Shown here piece after piece: positions 47,041 to 57,593 of a DNA stretch of 64,000 bases. This stretch comes from Bacteroidales bacterium. GTDB lineage: Bacteria > Bacteroidota > Bacteroidia > Bacteroidales > UBA932. The stretch lies in assembly GCA_020026275.1 (NCBI GenBank), contig JAHHQQ010000010.1, positions 1,174 through 65,173 on the forward strand, in the 5' to 3' direction. The notes under the pieces are model-generated. The model was not told the origin of the DNA, did no database searches, and saw only the letters and a program-made list of their open reading frames with translations. The position numbers and the translations under genes were made by a program. Within the stretch, counting starts at the first letter, position 1; every line of letters starts with the position of its first letter.

Positions 47041-49287
47041 TCAGCTGATCTGGCTATAATCTTTGACTTGATATTTCTCTTTGCGCAGTTCTCGAGCCAG
47101 AACAGCATTTTCCGGTAGATGGAGATCCGAATCTTTCTGCAAGATGTAATCGGCATATTTGTGGGCTTCTGACAAGATCCGGCTGTCTTTGGACAGGGAA
47201 GCGATGTTCAAGGCAATGGGAAGACCACTCTGCTGGGTACCTTCCAAGTCGCCCGGCCCCCTCATCTTCATGTCCTCCTCAGCCAGCACGAACCCGTCCT
47301 CCGTCGAACACATCAGTTCCAGCCGCTTCTGCGACTCCTTGCTCACCTTGTCGCCCTTCACCAGAATACAATAGGAATGGGCGGAACCACGACCGACCCT
47401 TCCCCTGAGCTGATGCAGCTGGCTCAAACCGAACCGTTCGGCACTTTCAATCACCATCACCGACGCATTCGGCACGTCAACGCCCACCTCAATTACCGTA
47501 GTGGACACCAGAATATCGGCTCTGCCTGCGGCAAATGCTGACATGTTGAAATTCTTGTCCTCATTGGTCTGCTTGCCGTGGACGATGGCAACCTTGTATT
47601 CCGGCAGAGGAAAAGCATCTGAAATGTTGTTGTATCCCTCTTCCAGATTCCTGTAGTCCATCTTCTCACTTTCAAAAATCAGAGGATAGACCACAAACAC
47701 CTGGTGGCCGGCACGAATCTGTTCCTTCATGAACTTGTACAGAGCAGAACGTTTTCGCTCCGTAATCAGCAGGGTCTGTACCGGTTTTCTGCCAGGAGGC
47801 ATCTCATCGATGACCGAAACGTCCAAATCGCCATAGAGAGTCATGGCCAGGGTTCTCGGAATTGGGGTGGCCGTCATGACCAGAATGTGGGGAACGATGG
47901 CCCCTGGCGTCTTGTTCCAAAGTCTTGCTCGCTGTTCCACTCCGAACCGGTGCTGTTCATCAATGATGGCCAGTCCCAGATGTTTGAAGATGACATTGTC
48001 TTCAATCAGGGCATGGGTTCCCACAATGATGTCAATGCTGCCCTCTGCCAGGGCCGGTAGGATTTCCTTTCTCTCCTTTGTCTTCGTGCTGCCCGTAAGC
48101 AGACGAACGGTCCGCCCTGTCGGAGCGAGGTATTTCTGGATATTGGCATAGTGCTGTTGTGCCAGGACTTCAGTTGGCGCCATGATGCAAGCCTGATAGC
48201 CGTTCCCGACTGCCAGCAGGGCAGACATGACGGCGACCAGGGTCTTGCCGGAACCGACATCTCCCTGGAGCAGACGGTTCATTTGCCTGCCGCTGGTCAA
48301 GTCTGCCCGGATTTCTTTGATCACTCGTTTCTGCGCCCCGGTCAGGTCGTATGGCAGAGACTGGTAGCATTGGTTGAATGCTTCTCCGACATGCGGCATC
48401 CGGATGCCGTTCTCGTTGCGGCTCCGTACATATTTCTGTTTCAGCAGAGACAACTGGAGATAGAGCAGCTCCTCAAATTTCAAACGGTAGGAAGCCAGTT
48501 TCAAAGACTGGGCGTCCTTCGGGAAATGAATGTTGCAGAGGGCGAATCGGAGATTGACCAGTCCGTTCTCTTTCAGCACATAGTCGGGGAGAGTCTCTTC
48601 TATCTCATTGATGCACAGTCTCAAAGCATTTGCCATGAGCTTGTTCATCTGCCTGCCGGTCAGACCGGCATTCTTCAGCTTGTCTGTTGAGGCATAGACT
48701 CCGGTCAGGCCCATTCCTCTGAATTCCTGCTGGGAAGCGTTGCGGACGGGATGGGGCTGAGAGCCCTCTCCCTGGGACGGCTCCTCCATCTGGACCGGAT
48801 AGTCAATTTCAGGATGGGTGAACTGGAGACGGGACTGGAACAGGGTCGGTTTGCCGAAGAACAGGAACAGCCTGCCCGGCAACAGTTTGTTGAAAGTATA
48901 TTTGATTCCACGGAAAAAGACCAGTTCGCATTTTCCCGACGAATCTTCCACCATGACAGTCATTCGGCTGATGGTATTGAACTTCAGATCCGATAGAAGT
49001 CCCGTGTCCACATAGCCGTCGGCATTGTCTGCCAGAGTCCTCACCAGCACTGTTTTCTGCGTGCGGTTGATCAGTGCTACTTGGATTACCCTCGCCTGAA
49101 TCTGGATGTTTGCGGTATCGGGAATCACTTCCCGGATTGGAGTGATCGTGCTCCGGTCCACGTAGCGGAAAGGATAGAAATGCAACAGTTCACCAATGGT
49201 GCTGATGCCCAGTTCTTGAGTCAGCAGAGCCGCCCGTTTGGGGCCCACACCACTCAAATACTGTATGTTGCTGTCCATTTCCTTCAT
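47041..49287 (-). CDS. recG: ATP-dependent DNA helicase RecG
   Basis: GVGPKRA, RLKFEEL, QGDVGSGKT, DEQHRFG, TATPIPR, QLRGRVGRG. Start at MKEMD. Confidence 0.97.
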   Translation of the reverse strand: MKEMDSNIQYLSGVGPKRAALLTQELGISTIGELLHFYPFRYVDRSTITPIREVIPDTANIQIQARVIQVALINRTQKTVLVRTLADNADGYVDTGLLSDLKFNTISRMTVMVEDSSGKCELVFFRGIKYTFNKLLPGRLFLFFGKPTLFQSRLQFTHPEIDYPVQMEEPSQGEGSQPHPVRNASQQEFRGMGLTGVYASTDKLKNAGLTGRQMNKLMANALRLCINEIEETLPDYVLKENGLVNLRFALCNIHFPKDAQSLKLASYRLKFEELLYLQLSLLKQKYVRSRNENGIRMPHVGEAFNQCYQSLPYDLTGAQKRVIKEIRADLTSGRQMNRLLQGDVGSGKTLVAVMSALLAVGNGYQACIMAPTEVLAQQHYANIQKYLAPTGRTVRLLTGSTKTKERKEILPALAEGSIDIIVGTHALIEDNVIFKHLGLAIIDEQHRFGVEQRARLWNKTPGAIVPHILVMTATPIPRTLAMTLYGDLDVSVIDEMPPGRKPVQTLLITERKRSALYKFMKEQIRAGHQVFVVYPLIFESEKMDYRNLEEGYNNISDAFPLPEYKVAIVHGKQTNEDKNFNMSAFAAGRADILVSTTVIEVGVDVPNASVMVIESAERFGLSQLHQLRGRVGRGSAHSYCILVKGDKVSKESQKRLELMCSTEDGFVLAEEDMKMRGPGDLEGTQQSGLPIALNIASLSKDSRILSEAHKYADYILQKDSDLHLPENAVLARELRKEKYQVKDYSQIS

Positions 49288-49486
49288 GTCTGTATCGATT
49301 GTTCGAGGAATATATTCCGAATAAAAACAAATATAACTGAAAATTCTGTTCTGCGCTCCTTCCGGTTCTGGATAAAAAATGGAAAAAGTGACAATAATCG
49401 TCAAATGTTACACTGAAATGTTAAAAAAATGTTGTCTGATGCAACTTTTTATGGAATAGTTCTATTTGAAAGGCCATCTTTGTCAC

Positions 49487-49558
49487 GAATACAATTTCAT
49501 AAAGTTTGGTATGTAGGTTTATGGGGCCATGCGATGTGATATCGCGGACCCCATTTTT
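49487..49558 (+). ncRNA. Candidate small RNA
   Basis: Promoter-like CATCTTTG (49475-49482), U/G-rich unpaired tract, then hairpin atgggg..gcgat-gtgat-atcgc..ccccat plus a T tract, opposite to both flanking genes. Confidence 0.4.
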
Positions 49559-49626
49559 CGTCTTTGCTCCCCTGCGCAGGGACATTCCTGCAAAACGCCG
49601 GGACATTCTTCCTGCATGGCAAAGAA

Positions 49627-49656
49627 CCCCAGAAACCGCTGTTGCGGTCTCTGGGG
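49627..49656 (-). terminator. Hairpin downstream of pdxA
   Basis: ccccaga-a-accgc..gcggt-c-tctgggg. Confidence 0.6.
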
Positions 49657-49694
49657 CTTCACTTTCTTTTGGGGACGATTTCCATCGAAAGGCG

Positions 49695-50792
49695 TTACTC
49701 AATCTGAGGTTTGCCGGGTCTTCCTGGCTTTTGCTCGTTGGCCCGGTTGAAACGTTCATCCATCTTGCCGGCTTGGATTTCATCGTATTCTGCCCGGCGC
49801 TTGTAGATGTCTACAGCGGTATAGATGGCAGAAATCATGGACTGAGGATCCGCTCCGTCTTTTCCTGCCATTTCGTAGGCTGTACCGTGGTCAGGAGAAG
49901 TCCGGATGATTGGAAGACCGGCCGTGAAATTGACTCCGGAGGAAAAGGACAAAGCCTTGAAAGGGGCGAGTCCCTGGTCGTGATACATGGCAAGGGTGGC
50001 ATCGAAGCGGTTGTAGTGGTGCATGCCGAAATAACCGTCTGGTGAATATGGTCCGAAAGCGGCGATGCCTTCTTTGTTGGCGGCTTCAATGGCAGGGAGA
50101 ATAATGTCCCTCTCTTCGTCACCAAGGAGACCTCCATCACCGCAATGAGGGTTCAGACCCAGTACGGCGATTTTGGGCTCGTCAATTCGGAAATCGCGTT
50201 GGAGAGATTTCTTGATCAGCCGGAGTTTCTTCAGGATTATCTCGCCGGTGATGGCGGCCGGAACATCCTTCAATGGAATATGCCCGGTGACCACACCTAC
50301 CTTGATGGTGTCGCTGACCATGATCATGGCCACTTCCTCCGCATCGAATTTGTCCTTGAGGTATTCGGTGTGTCCAGTGTACTGGAAACCTTCTTTGTTC
50401 ATCGCCCTCTTGTTGATCGGTGCAGTCACCAGCACATCCAGTTTTCCTTTCTTGAGGTCCTCGCAGGCACAGTCCAGGGAAATGATGGCAGACTTGGCGG
50501 ATTCCGGAGTGGACTGGCCCGGCTCCACATAGACATTTTCCGGAAGGCAGTTGACGATATTGATCTTTTTGGGACGGGCTTCGTCAATATTATTGATGAC
50601 ATAGGTGTCCATCTGCTGCTCAATGTTGTGGATGGTTTTCTTGTAGAAGCCAAATACTTTGGAAGAACCGTAAATCACGGGTGTAAACGCATCCAAAATC
50701 CGTGGATCAGCCAACGCTTTGATGATGATTTCATAACCGATCCCGTTTCCGTCACCTTGGGTGATGCCAACTGATAGTTTATCTTTGTTCAT
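49695..50792 (-). CDS. pdxA: 4-hydroxythreonine-4-phosphate dehydrogenase
   Basis: GITQGDGNGIG, TAPINK, GHTEYL, GLNPH, AMYHDQG, RTSPDHGTA. Confidence 0.95.
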   Translation of the reverse strand: MNKDKLSVGITQGDGNGIGYEIIIKALADPRILDAFTPVIYGSSKVFGFYKKTIHNIEQQMDTYVINNIDEARPKKINIVNCLPENVYVEPGQSTPESAKSAIISLDCACEDLKKGKLDVLVTAPINKRAMNKEGFQYTGHTEYLKDKFDAEEVAMIMVSDTIKVGVVTGHIPLKDVPAAITGEIILKKLRLIKKSLQRDFRIDEPKIAVLGLNPHCGDGGLLGDEERDIILPAIEAANKEGIAAFGPYSPDGYFGMHHYNRFDATLAMYHDQGLAPFKALSFSSGVNFTAGLPIIRTSPDHGTAYEMAGKDGADPQSMISAIYTAVDIYKRRAEYDEIQAGKMDERFNRANEQKPGRPGKPQIE

Positions 50793-50908
50793 TGTTTTGT
50801 CTTTTTAGTCTTACGTCGGCAGAAGAACTGCCGAAACCCTGTCTTACAAATATAATAAAAATGTGGACATATGGCCATGTTGGCGCAGTGCTTTGGAAAA
50901 AGGGAGGT

Positions 50909-51415
50909 CTATACTCCGCCGGCAGCATCGGCGAGATAGCCCAAGTCATCTGGCAAGGCGCCTCCCGCTTTGACCACTCCGGCACCGGAAGCTACGGCCA
51001 AGGTGTCGCAACGTTCATTTTCAGGATGTCCATTGTGCCCTTTGATCCAATGGAAACTGACCCGATGCTTGCGATAGAGCGGCAGGAACCGTTTCCATAG
51101 GTCACTGTTCTTCTTCTTGGCGAAATTGGTCCGCTCCCAATTCCAGAGCCAGCCTTCATTGACGGCCTTCACTACATAGGAGGAATCGCTCCAGACTTCC
51201 ACCTGGGCATTCTCCCATCTGATTGCTTCCAACCCTTTGATGACAGCCAGCAACTCCATGCGGTTGTTGGTTGTCAGATTGAAGCCGCCGCTCATTTCTT
51301 TCTCCCTGCCGGCACATTTCAGCACTACCCCGTAACCGCCAGGTCCGGGATTGCCGCTTGCCGCCCCATCCGTATATAGGAAAATAGGGGGGAAATTCAT
51401 TTTTCCTGCATCCAT
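50909..51415 (-). CDS. rnhA: Ribonuclease HI
   Basis: YTDGAASGNPGPGG, TTNNRMEL, DSSY, WIKGHNGHPENERCD. Confidence 0.97.
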   Translation of the reverse strand: MDAGKMNFPPIFLYTDGAASGNPGPGGYGVVLKCAGREKEMSGGFNLTTNNRMELLAVIKGLEAIRWENAQVEVWSDSSYVVKAVNEGWLWNWERTNFAKKKNSDLWKRFLPLYRKHRVSFHWIKGHNGHPENERCDTLAVASGAGVVKAGGALPDDLGYLADAAGGV

Positions 51416-51545
51416 ATTTGTCTGTCTGATTTAATTCTATACAAAGTTAAATGCTTTTTGTAGTTTTGGAGAACAAATTCCTCTTTTTTATATTGTTGTA
51501 TTTCAAAATTAAAAAGGTTAATTTTGAAAGATAAAACGAAAATAT

Positions 51546-52427
51546 ATGAATGTTTTGGTAACAGGAGCGAATGGTCAGCTTGGGCTGGAACTTAGAAATT
51601 TGGCAACCCACAGTGACAACCGCTACATATTTTCAGACATCAGCATGCTGCCTGATGTGGAAACCATCAATCTGGACGTCACAGATTTGGATTCCATCCG
51701 GATTGTCACCGAGTCCGAAAATGTGGACGTAGTGGTCAATTGTGCGGCTTATACCAATGTGGACAAGGCTGAAGATGATTGTGCTACGGCCGAACTGCTC
51801 AATTCCATCGCAGTGGACAATTTGGCGCAGGTGTGCAGGGAAAGAAATGCTGTCATGATCCATGTCTCTACTGATTATGTCTTTGGAGGAAAATTGAACG
51901 AGCCGATTGTTGAGGAGGTGAATCCTTGTCCTTTGGGAGCCTATGGGGCGACCAAACTGGCCGGAGAGAAGAAACTCCAGAATTCCGGTTGCCGTTTTCT
52001 TGTTTTTCGTACCGCCTGGCTCTATTCTCCTTATGGAAAGAACTTTGTCAAGACCATGATGAAGCTGACCCGTGAGATGGACCATCTCAAGGTGGTCTAT
52101 GATCAGGTCGGCAGCCCGACCTATGCCGGTGACCTGGCTGCTGTCATATTTAAGGTCATTGAGGAAAATTTGCTTGACAAGCAGGGAATCTATCATTATA
52201 CAGATGAAGGGGTGATCTCCTGGTATGATTTCGCCAAGACCATTGCTTCTCTTGCCGGAAATCGGTGCGATATACAGCCTTGTCGTTCTGTTGAGTATCC
52301 GACCCGCTCTGAACGGCCGGCCTATTCCGTCCTGGACAAGGCAAAGGTGAAGAAGACATTCGGCATCACCATTCCTTATTGGAGGGATTCTCTGGAAAAA
52401 TGTATCTCTCTCTTGAAAAACCAGTAA
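51546..52427 (+). CDS. rfbD: dTDP-4-dehydrorhamnose reductase
   Basis: TGANGQLG, NCAAYTNVDKAE, STDYVF, YGATKLAGE. Confidence 0.96.
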   Translation: MNVLVTGANGQLGLELRNLATHSDNRYIFSDISMLPDVETINLDVTDLDSIRIVTESENVDVVVNCAAYTNVDKAEDDCATAELLNSIAVDNLAQVCRERNAVMIHVSTDYVFGGKLNEPIVEEVNPCPLGAYGATKLAGEKKLQNSGCRFLVFRTAWLYSPYGKNFVKTMMKLTREMDHLKVVYDQVGSPTYAGDLAAVIFKVIEENLLDKQGIYHYTDEGVISWYDFAKTIASLAGNRCDIQPCRSVEYPTRSERPAYSVLDKAKVKKTFGITIPYWRDSLEKCISLLKNQ

Positions 52428-52458
52428 AGCGGATTGATTCAGTTAGATAGAATAGGAA

Positions 52459-53349
52459 ATGAAAGGAATTGTACTTGCCGGAGGCAGCGGAACCCGTCTC
52501 TATCCGATTACGAAAGGTATTAGCAAACAGCTTCTGCCAGTTTATGACAAACCCATGGTGTATTATCCCATTTCGGTACTGATGCTCGCCGGAATCAGGG
52601 ACATTCTGATTATTTCGACCCCTGTCGACCTGCCTGGTTTTCAGCGTCTTCTGGGGGATGGCAGCGATTATGGAGTTCATTTCGAATATGCTGGGCAGCC
52701 TTCTCCGGATGGGTTGGCTCAAGCTTTTCTTATCGGGGAGAAGTTTATTGGCGGAGATAGCGTCTGTCTGGTTCTCGGTGACAACATCTTTCATGGAAAT
52801 GGTTTCACGGACTTGTTGCACAGGGCAGTCCGGGAAGCTGAAGGACCTCATCCGAAAGCAACTGTTTTTGGCTATTGGGTCAGCGATCCGGAACGGTATG
52901 GAGTCGCTGAATTTGATGCGGCCGGCAATTGCGTGAGCATCGAAGAAAAACCCGATCGGCCGAAATCAAATTATGCGGTGGTAGGACTCTATTTTTACCC
53001 GAACAAAGTGGTGGATGTTGCCCGGACCATCAAGCCGTCCGCCCGGGGAGAACTGGAGATCACTTCCGTCAATCAGGCATTTCTCGAAGAGGGGGAACTC
53101 AAGGTCCAGACCTTGGGCCGGGGTTTCGCCTGGCTCGACACCGGCACCCATGAGAGCCTTTCAGAAGCATCGACCTATATCGAGGTCATTGAGAAACGGC
53201 AGGGGCTCAAGGTCGCCTGTCTGGAAACGATTGCCTTCAAGCAGGGATGGATTGATGCAGACAAGTTGAGGCAGTTGGCCCAGCCAATGATTAGGAACCA
53301 GTACGGTCAGTATTTGCAACGGGTGGCGGATTGTGATCAGCGCATTTGA
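52459..53349 (+). CDS. rfbA: Glucose-1-phosphate thymidylyltransferase
   Basis: [32 protein letters not shown]. Confidence 0.97.
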   Translation: MKGIVLAGGSGTRLYPITKGISKQLLPVYDKPMVYYPISVLMLAGIRDILIISTPVDLPGFQRLLGDGSDYGVHFEYAGQPSPDGLAQAFLIGEKFIGGDSVCLVLGDNIFHGNGFTDLLHRAVREAEGPHPKATVFGYWVSDPERYGVAEFDAAGNCVSIEEKPDRPKSNYAVVGLYFYPNKVVDVARTIKPSARGELEITSVNQAFLEEGELKVQTLGRGFAWLDTGTHESLSEASTYIEVIEKRQGLKVACLETIAFKQGWIDADKLRQLAQPMIRNQYGQYLQRVADCDQRI

Positions 53350-53412
53350 TGCAGTCCGGTTTTGACGGCAGCTTCGATTCCCGGAAGACAGGAAGAATAG
53401 AGTAAGGTGAAT

Positions 53413-53961
53413 ATGGAAATTATCAGAACAGAGATTGAAGGGCTCTATATTATTGAACCCAAGCTATTTGGAGATGCACGTGGTTATTTCTTCGAATCTT
53501 TCAACAAAAGGGAGTTCGAAGAGAAGATCGGCAACATCGATTTTGTACAGGACAACGAAAGCCGTTCCTGCTATGGGGTGGTCCGTGGACTGCATTTTCA
53601 GAAAGAGCCTTATTCCCAGGCCAAGTTGGTGCGTGTTATTCAAGGAGCCGTTCTGGATGTGGCTGTGGACCTTCGCAAAGGTTCTCCCACCTATGGCAAA
53701 CACGTGGCGGTCGAACTGACCGGAGAGAGCCACCGGCAGCTCTTCATTCCAAGAGGATTCGCCCACGGTTTCAGCGTCCTTTCCGACGAGGTCATCTTCC
53801 AATACAAATGTGACAACCTTTACCATCCGGAAAGCGAGGGGGCCATCTTGTGGAACGATCCTGATCTGAATATCGACTGGCGTGTCCCGGCAGACAAGGT
53901 GATCCTGTCAGAGAAGGACCGTCAACATCCGACTTTCCGGGAACTGGACTATTCCTTCTGA
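53413..53961 (+). CDS. rfbC: dTDP-4-dehydrorhamnose 3,5-epimerase
   Basis: DARGYFFE, QDNES, RGLHFQ, GFAHGF, YKCD. Confidence 0.97.
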   Translation: MEIIRTEIEGLYIIEPKLFGDARGYFFESFNKREFEEKIGNIDFVQDNESRSCYGVVRGLHFQKEPYSQAKLVRVIQGAVLDVAVDLRKGSPTYGKHVAVELTGESHRQLFIPRGFAHGFSVLSDEVIFQYKCDNLYHPESEGAILWNDPDLNIDWRVPADKVILSEKDRQHPTFRELDYSF

Positions 53962-53998
53962 CGGGGAAATGAATACGACAAGAAAAATGAAAGAAAAC

Positions 53999-55063
53999 AT
54001 GAAATACAAGAGCATATTGATTACCGGAGGAGCCGGATTCATCGGCAGTCATGTTGTCCGTCTCTTCGTGAACAAGTATCCGGACATCCGGATCATCAAT
54101 CTGGACAAACTGACTTATGCCGGCAACCTGGCCAACCTCAAGGACATTGAAGACTGTCCGAACTATCAGTTCGTCAAAGCCGACATCTGTGACTTTGAGA
54201 CCGTCCGCGACATCATCCGTCGGAACGAGGTCGATGCCATCGTCCATCTGGCGGCAGAGAGCCATGTGGACCGTTCCATCACCGATCCGTTCCTCTTCGC
54301 CCGGGTCAATGTCATGGGTACGCTGACCTTGCTGGAAGCCGCCCGTCAGGTGTGGGAGATCGAAGGTTGGGAAGGGAAACGCTACTACCAGATTTCCACG
54401 GACGAAGTTTACGGTGCCCTTCAGTTTGACGGGACTCTCTTTACCGAGACGACCCGTTACGATCCGCATTCTCCATATTCTGCCGCCAAAGCCAGCGCCG
54501 ACCATTTCGTCAGGGCCTATCACGACACTTATGGCATGCCGACGGTCATTTCCAATTGCTCCAACAACTATGGACCTTTCCAGTTCCCTGAAAAGTTGAT
54601 CCCGCTGTTCCTCAACAATATCCGTTTCCGCAAACCGTTGCCTGTCTACGGAAAAGGGGAGAACGTTCGGGACTGGCTTTACGTCGTGGACCATGCCCGT
54701 GCCATTGACCTCATCTTGCACGAAGGACAGGTGGCAGAGACCTACAATATAGGAGGCTTCAACGAGTGGAAGAACATTGACCTCATCAAGGTGCTCATCC
54801 AGACTGCCGACCGTCTGCTCGGAAGGGCGGAAGGGGAGGACCTGGATCTCATCACCTATGTAGCCGACCGAAAGGGACATGACCTCCGCTATGCGATTGA
54901 CAGCACCAAGATTGCCACGGAACTGGGCTGGAAGCCATCCGTAACCTTTGAACAGGGCATCGAACTCACCATCCGCTGGTATCTGGAACACCAGGACTGG
55001 CTGGACAACGTCACTTCCGGTGACTATTTGCAGTACTATGAGAAAATGTACGGCAACTGCTGA
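53999..55063 (+). CDS. rfbB: dTDP-glucose 4,6-dehydratase
   Basis: TGGAGFIGS, DKLTYAGN, AAESHVDRSI, STDEVYG, YSAAK. Confidence 0.97.
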   Translation: MKYKSILITGGAGFIGSHVVRLFVNKYPDIRIINLDKLTYAGNLANLKDIEDCPNYQFVKADICDFETVRDIIRRNEVDAIVHLAAESHVDRSITDPFLFARVNVMGTLTLLEAARQVWEIEGWEGKRYYQISTDEVYGALQFDGTLFTETTRYDPHSPYSAAKASADHFVRAYHDTYGMPTVISNCSNNYGPFQFPEKLIPLFLNNIRFRKPLPVYGKGENVRDWLYVVDHARAIDLILHEGQVAETYNIGGFNEWKNIDLIKVLIQTADRLLGRAEGEDLDLITYVADRKGHDLRYAIDSTKIATELGWKPSVTFEQGIELTIRWYLEHQDWLDNVTSGDYLQYYEKMYGNC

Positions 55064-55124
55064 GGCGTGCACAAAGGCATTTCTCTAAGAGATAGAATAT
55101 TGAATGACAAATACTTGTATTATA

Positions 55125-57323
55125 ATGAAATTGAGAAGAATATTGTGGGCCGTCCTCTTGCTTCCGCTTTTGGCGGCATGCAGCCAGCCATTGGAACCTG
55201 CTCTGGAGGTGATCGGCCGTGTGGCTCCCTGGTCCAGAGGAAAGGTTGAAGTCAAACAGATGAAAGCGCCGAAAGGCTGCCAGGATGCGTACGAACTGTC
55301 CACCCAGAGCGGCAAACTGATCATCAGGGCGACCAGCATCCCTGCCGCCGGCATGGGCTTCAACCATTACCTCAAGCATTACTGCCATCAGAACTATTCT
55401 CTGACCGGCAAGAACATCCAGCCGATTGATGTGCTGCCCGAAATTGAGGGAAAGGTACGTCACGAGACTACTGACCAGTATCGTCACTTCTTCAATTTCT
55501 GTACGCTCAACTACTCCGCCGCCTGGTGGGACTGGGCTGACTGGCAGGAAGCGATTGACTATATGGTTCTCAATGGAGTCAACCTCACGCTGGCGCCAAT
55601 CGGAGTGGAGAAAGTCTGGTACAACACGCTTCAGCGCATTGGCTTCAGCCAGGAGGAAATCTTTGACTTCCTGCCGGGTCCGGCATTCAACGCATGGCAC
55701 CTGATGGGCAACCTCGAAGGCTGGGGCGGCCCGATCAACCTGGACATGGTGGAGAAACGTGCCGAACTTGCCAAGAAGGTCATCGATGCGGAACGCAAAT
55801 ACGGCATCAATCCCATCTACATGTCATTCTACGGCATGGTTCCGACTACGCTGAAAGAGAAATTCCCGAATGCCCAGATTCTGCCGCAGGGCAATTGGGT
55901 AGGCGGTTTCCTCCGTCCGGACATCCTGTCTCCGCTGGATCCTCTCTACGACCAGATGGCAGGAATCTATTATGAAGAAATCAACAAGAACTACGGCGAA
56001 TTCAAGTTCTTTGCCGGCGAACCTTTCCACGAGGGAGGCGACCGTGCAGGAATCGACGAGGCCACTCTCTCCAGAACCGTTCTCGGCAAGATGAGGGAAT
56101 ACAATCCGGGCTGCCAGTGGATTCTCCAGTCCTGGGGCGACAACCCTTCTTCCAAATTCTTGTCCGGCCTCTCCAAGACAGGCGATGCCATCATCTGGGA
56201 TTTCCGTGGAGAACAGGCCGCTGTCTGGGAAGACCGTGGAGGCTATGACGGATTTCCGTTCCTTTGGGGAACCATCAACAATTTCGGCGAGACTACAGGT
56301 CTTTATGGGCAGCTGCAACGATTTGTTGATGAATATTATAGAGCCAAGAAAATCTGTCCTGGAAATATGATCGGGATTGGCTGCAGTGCCGAAGGGGTGC
56401 TGAACAATCCTGTAAACTACGAACTGTTGTTCGAACTGCCTTGGCACGATGAGACCTTCTCCTTGGACGAATGGATCCGCAGCTATGCCGCCGCCCGTTA
56501 TGGCGGGCAGCTCGGCAAAGATATGGAACCGGCCTGGCGCATTCTCCTGCAGACGGCTTATTCCAGCCAGTCCGCTCCGGTACAGCCTTGGGAGACCGTG
56601 GAAAATATGCCGGCAATCCTCGGCAATCCGGAATCCGTCATTTGTGCTCCACCTTCCCTGGAAGTGCGCAGCGCCTCTTCCTGGGGAACATCTCATGTGT
56701 TTTATGACTTGGAGGCGCTGAAGCAGATCATCCCTTACCTCGCCAATGTCGCCACCGAACTGGACGGCAACGACGCGCTCGAATACGACGTGGTCAACAT
56801 TACCCGTCAATTGTTGGCAAACGAGTTCTACCGCCTTTACCACGAATATGTCCAGTGTGTGGAGAAAGGTCAGCTCGGACCTTCCGACGCCCTGGCACCG
56901 AAGATGCTGGAAATCATCGGCGATATGGACAAGCTGCTTTCCTCCAGACGTGATTTCATGATAGGTCCATGGATCAATGCCGCCCGCAATTTCGGCAATA
57001 CCGACAGCGAGAAGCGCCTCTGCGAGTGGAACGCCCGTGCTCTCATCAGCTACTGGGGCGGCGAGAGCGACACCACCGATCTGCGTGACTATGCCTTCAA
57101 GGAGTGGTCCGGCATCATGAGAGACCTCTACCTGCCTCGTTGGAAGGAATTCTTCGAGGCTTGCCGTCTCCACATCACCAACGGACGCAGCATCAAGAAC
57201 AATCCGACTCTCCAGTCCATGGCCTGGGCACATGCGACCAACCGCTATCCGAACACTCCGACCCACGATTCCGGAAAGATGGTGACGCTCATCCTGGCCA
57301 AACTGGCTGAAGGCAAATATTAA
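55125..57323 (+). CDS. GH89 alpha-N-acetylglucosaminidase, predicted lipoprotein
   Basis: Lipobox LLAAC; NFCTLNYS..WWDW..W..IDYM, GPAFNAWHLMGNLEGWGGP, EPFHEGG, AEG..NNP, DYAFKEWSG. Confidence 0.95.
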   Translation: MKLRRILWAVLLLPLLAACSQPLEPALEVIGRVAPWSRGKVEVKQMKAPKGCQDAYELSTQSGKLIIRATSIPAAGMGFNHYLKHYCHQNYSLTGKNIQPIDVLPEIEGKVRHETTDQYRHFFNFCTLNYSAAWWDWADWQEAIDYMVLNGVNLTLAPIGVEKVWYNTLQRIGFSQEEIFDFLPGPAFNAWHLMGNLEGWGGPINLDMVEKRAELAKKVIDAERKYGINPIYMSFYGMVPTTLKEKFPNAQILPQGNWVGGFLRPDILSPLDPLYDQMAGIYYEEINKNYGEFKFFAGEPFHEGGDRAGIDEATLSRTVLGKMREYNPGCQWILQSWGDNPSSKFLSGLSKTGDAIIWDFRGEQAAVWEDRGGYDGFPFLWGTINNFGETTGLYGQLQRFVDEYYRAKKICPGNMIGIGCSAEGVLNNPVNYELLFELPWHDETFSLDEWIRSYAAARYGGQLGKDMEPAWRILLQTAYSSQSAPVQPWETVENMPAILGNPESVICAPPSLEVRSASSWGTSHVFYDLEALKQIIPYLANVATELDGNDALEYDVVNITRQLLANEFYRLYHEYVQCVEKGQLGPSDALAPKMLEIIGDMDKLLSSRRDFMIGPWINAARNFGNTDSEKRLCEWNARALISYWGGESDTTDLRDYAFKEWSGIMRDLYLPRWKEFFEACRLHITNGRSIKNNPTLQSMAWAHATNRYPNTPTHDSGKMVTLILAKLAEGKY

Positions 57324-57478
57324 GGCTCCGTGACCTCTTCCATGAGGTTCGGAAACACCGTCAGGGAACCTGCCGCCTTAACCACCCGTTCACTTGTCGG
57401 CTCTTTGAAGCCATTTTTCCCCTGCACAACGGCAGACAGGTTCCGGACGATGATGTTTACACCTGCAAATTGAATGAA

Positions 57479-57513
57479 AAATATCCGTATTCAGAAAATG
57501 AACACGGATATTT
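57479..57513. terminator. Terminator-like hairpin between convergent GH89 and aminotransferase genes
   Basis: aaatatccgt...acggatattt. Confidence 0.7.
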
Positions 57514-57593
57514 GTTTGAAAGTTGCTTTTATCTGAATGAAAGCCCTGTTCCAGGCTTCTCCTTTTCTCTGTTTTTTCAAAAAAGTAGAATGT

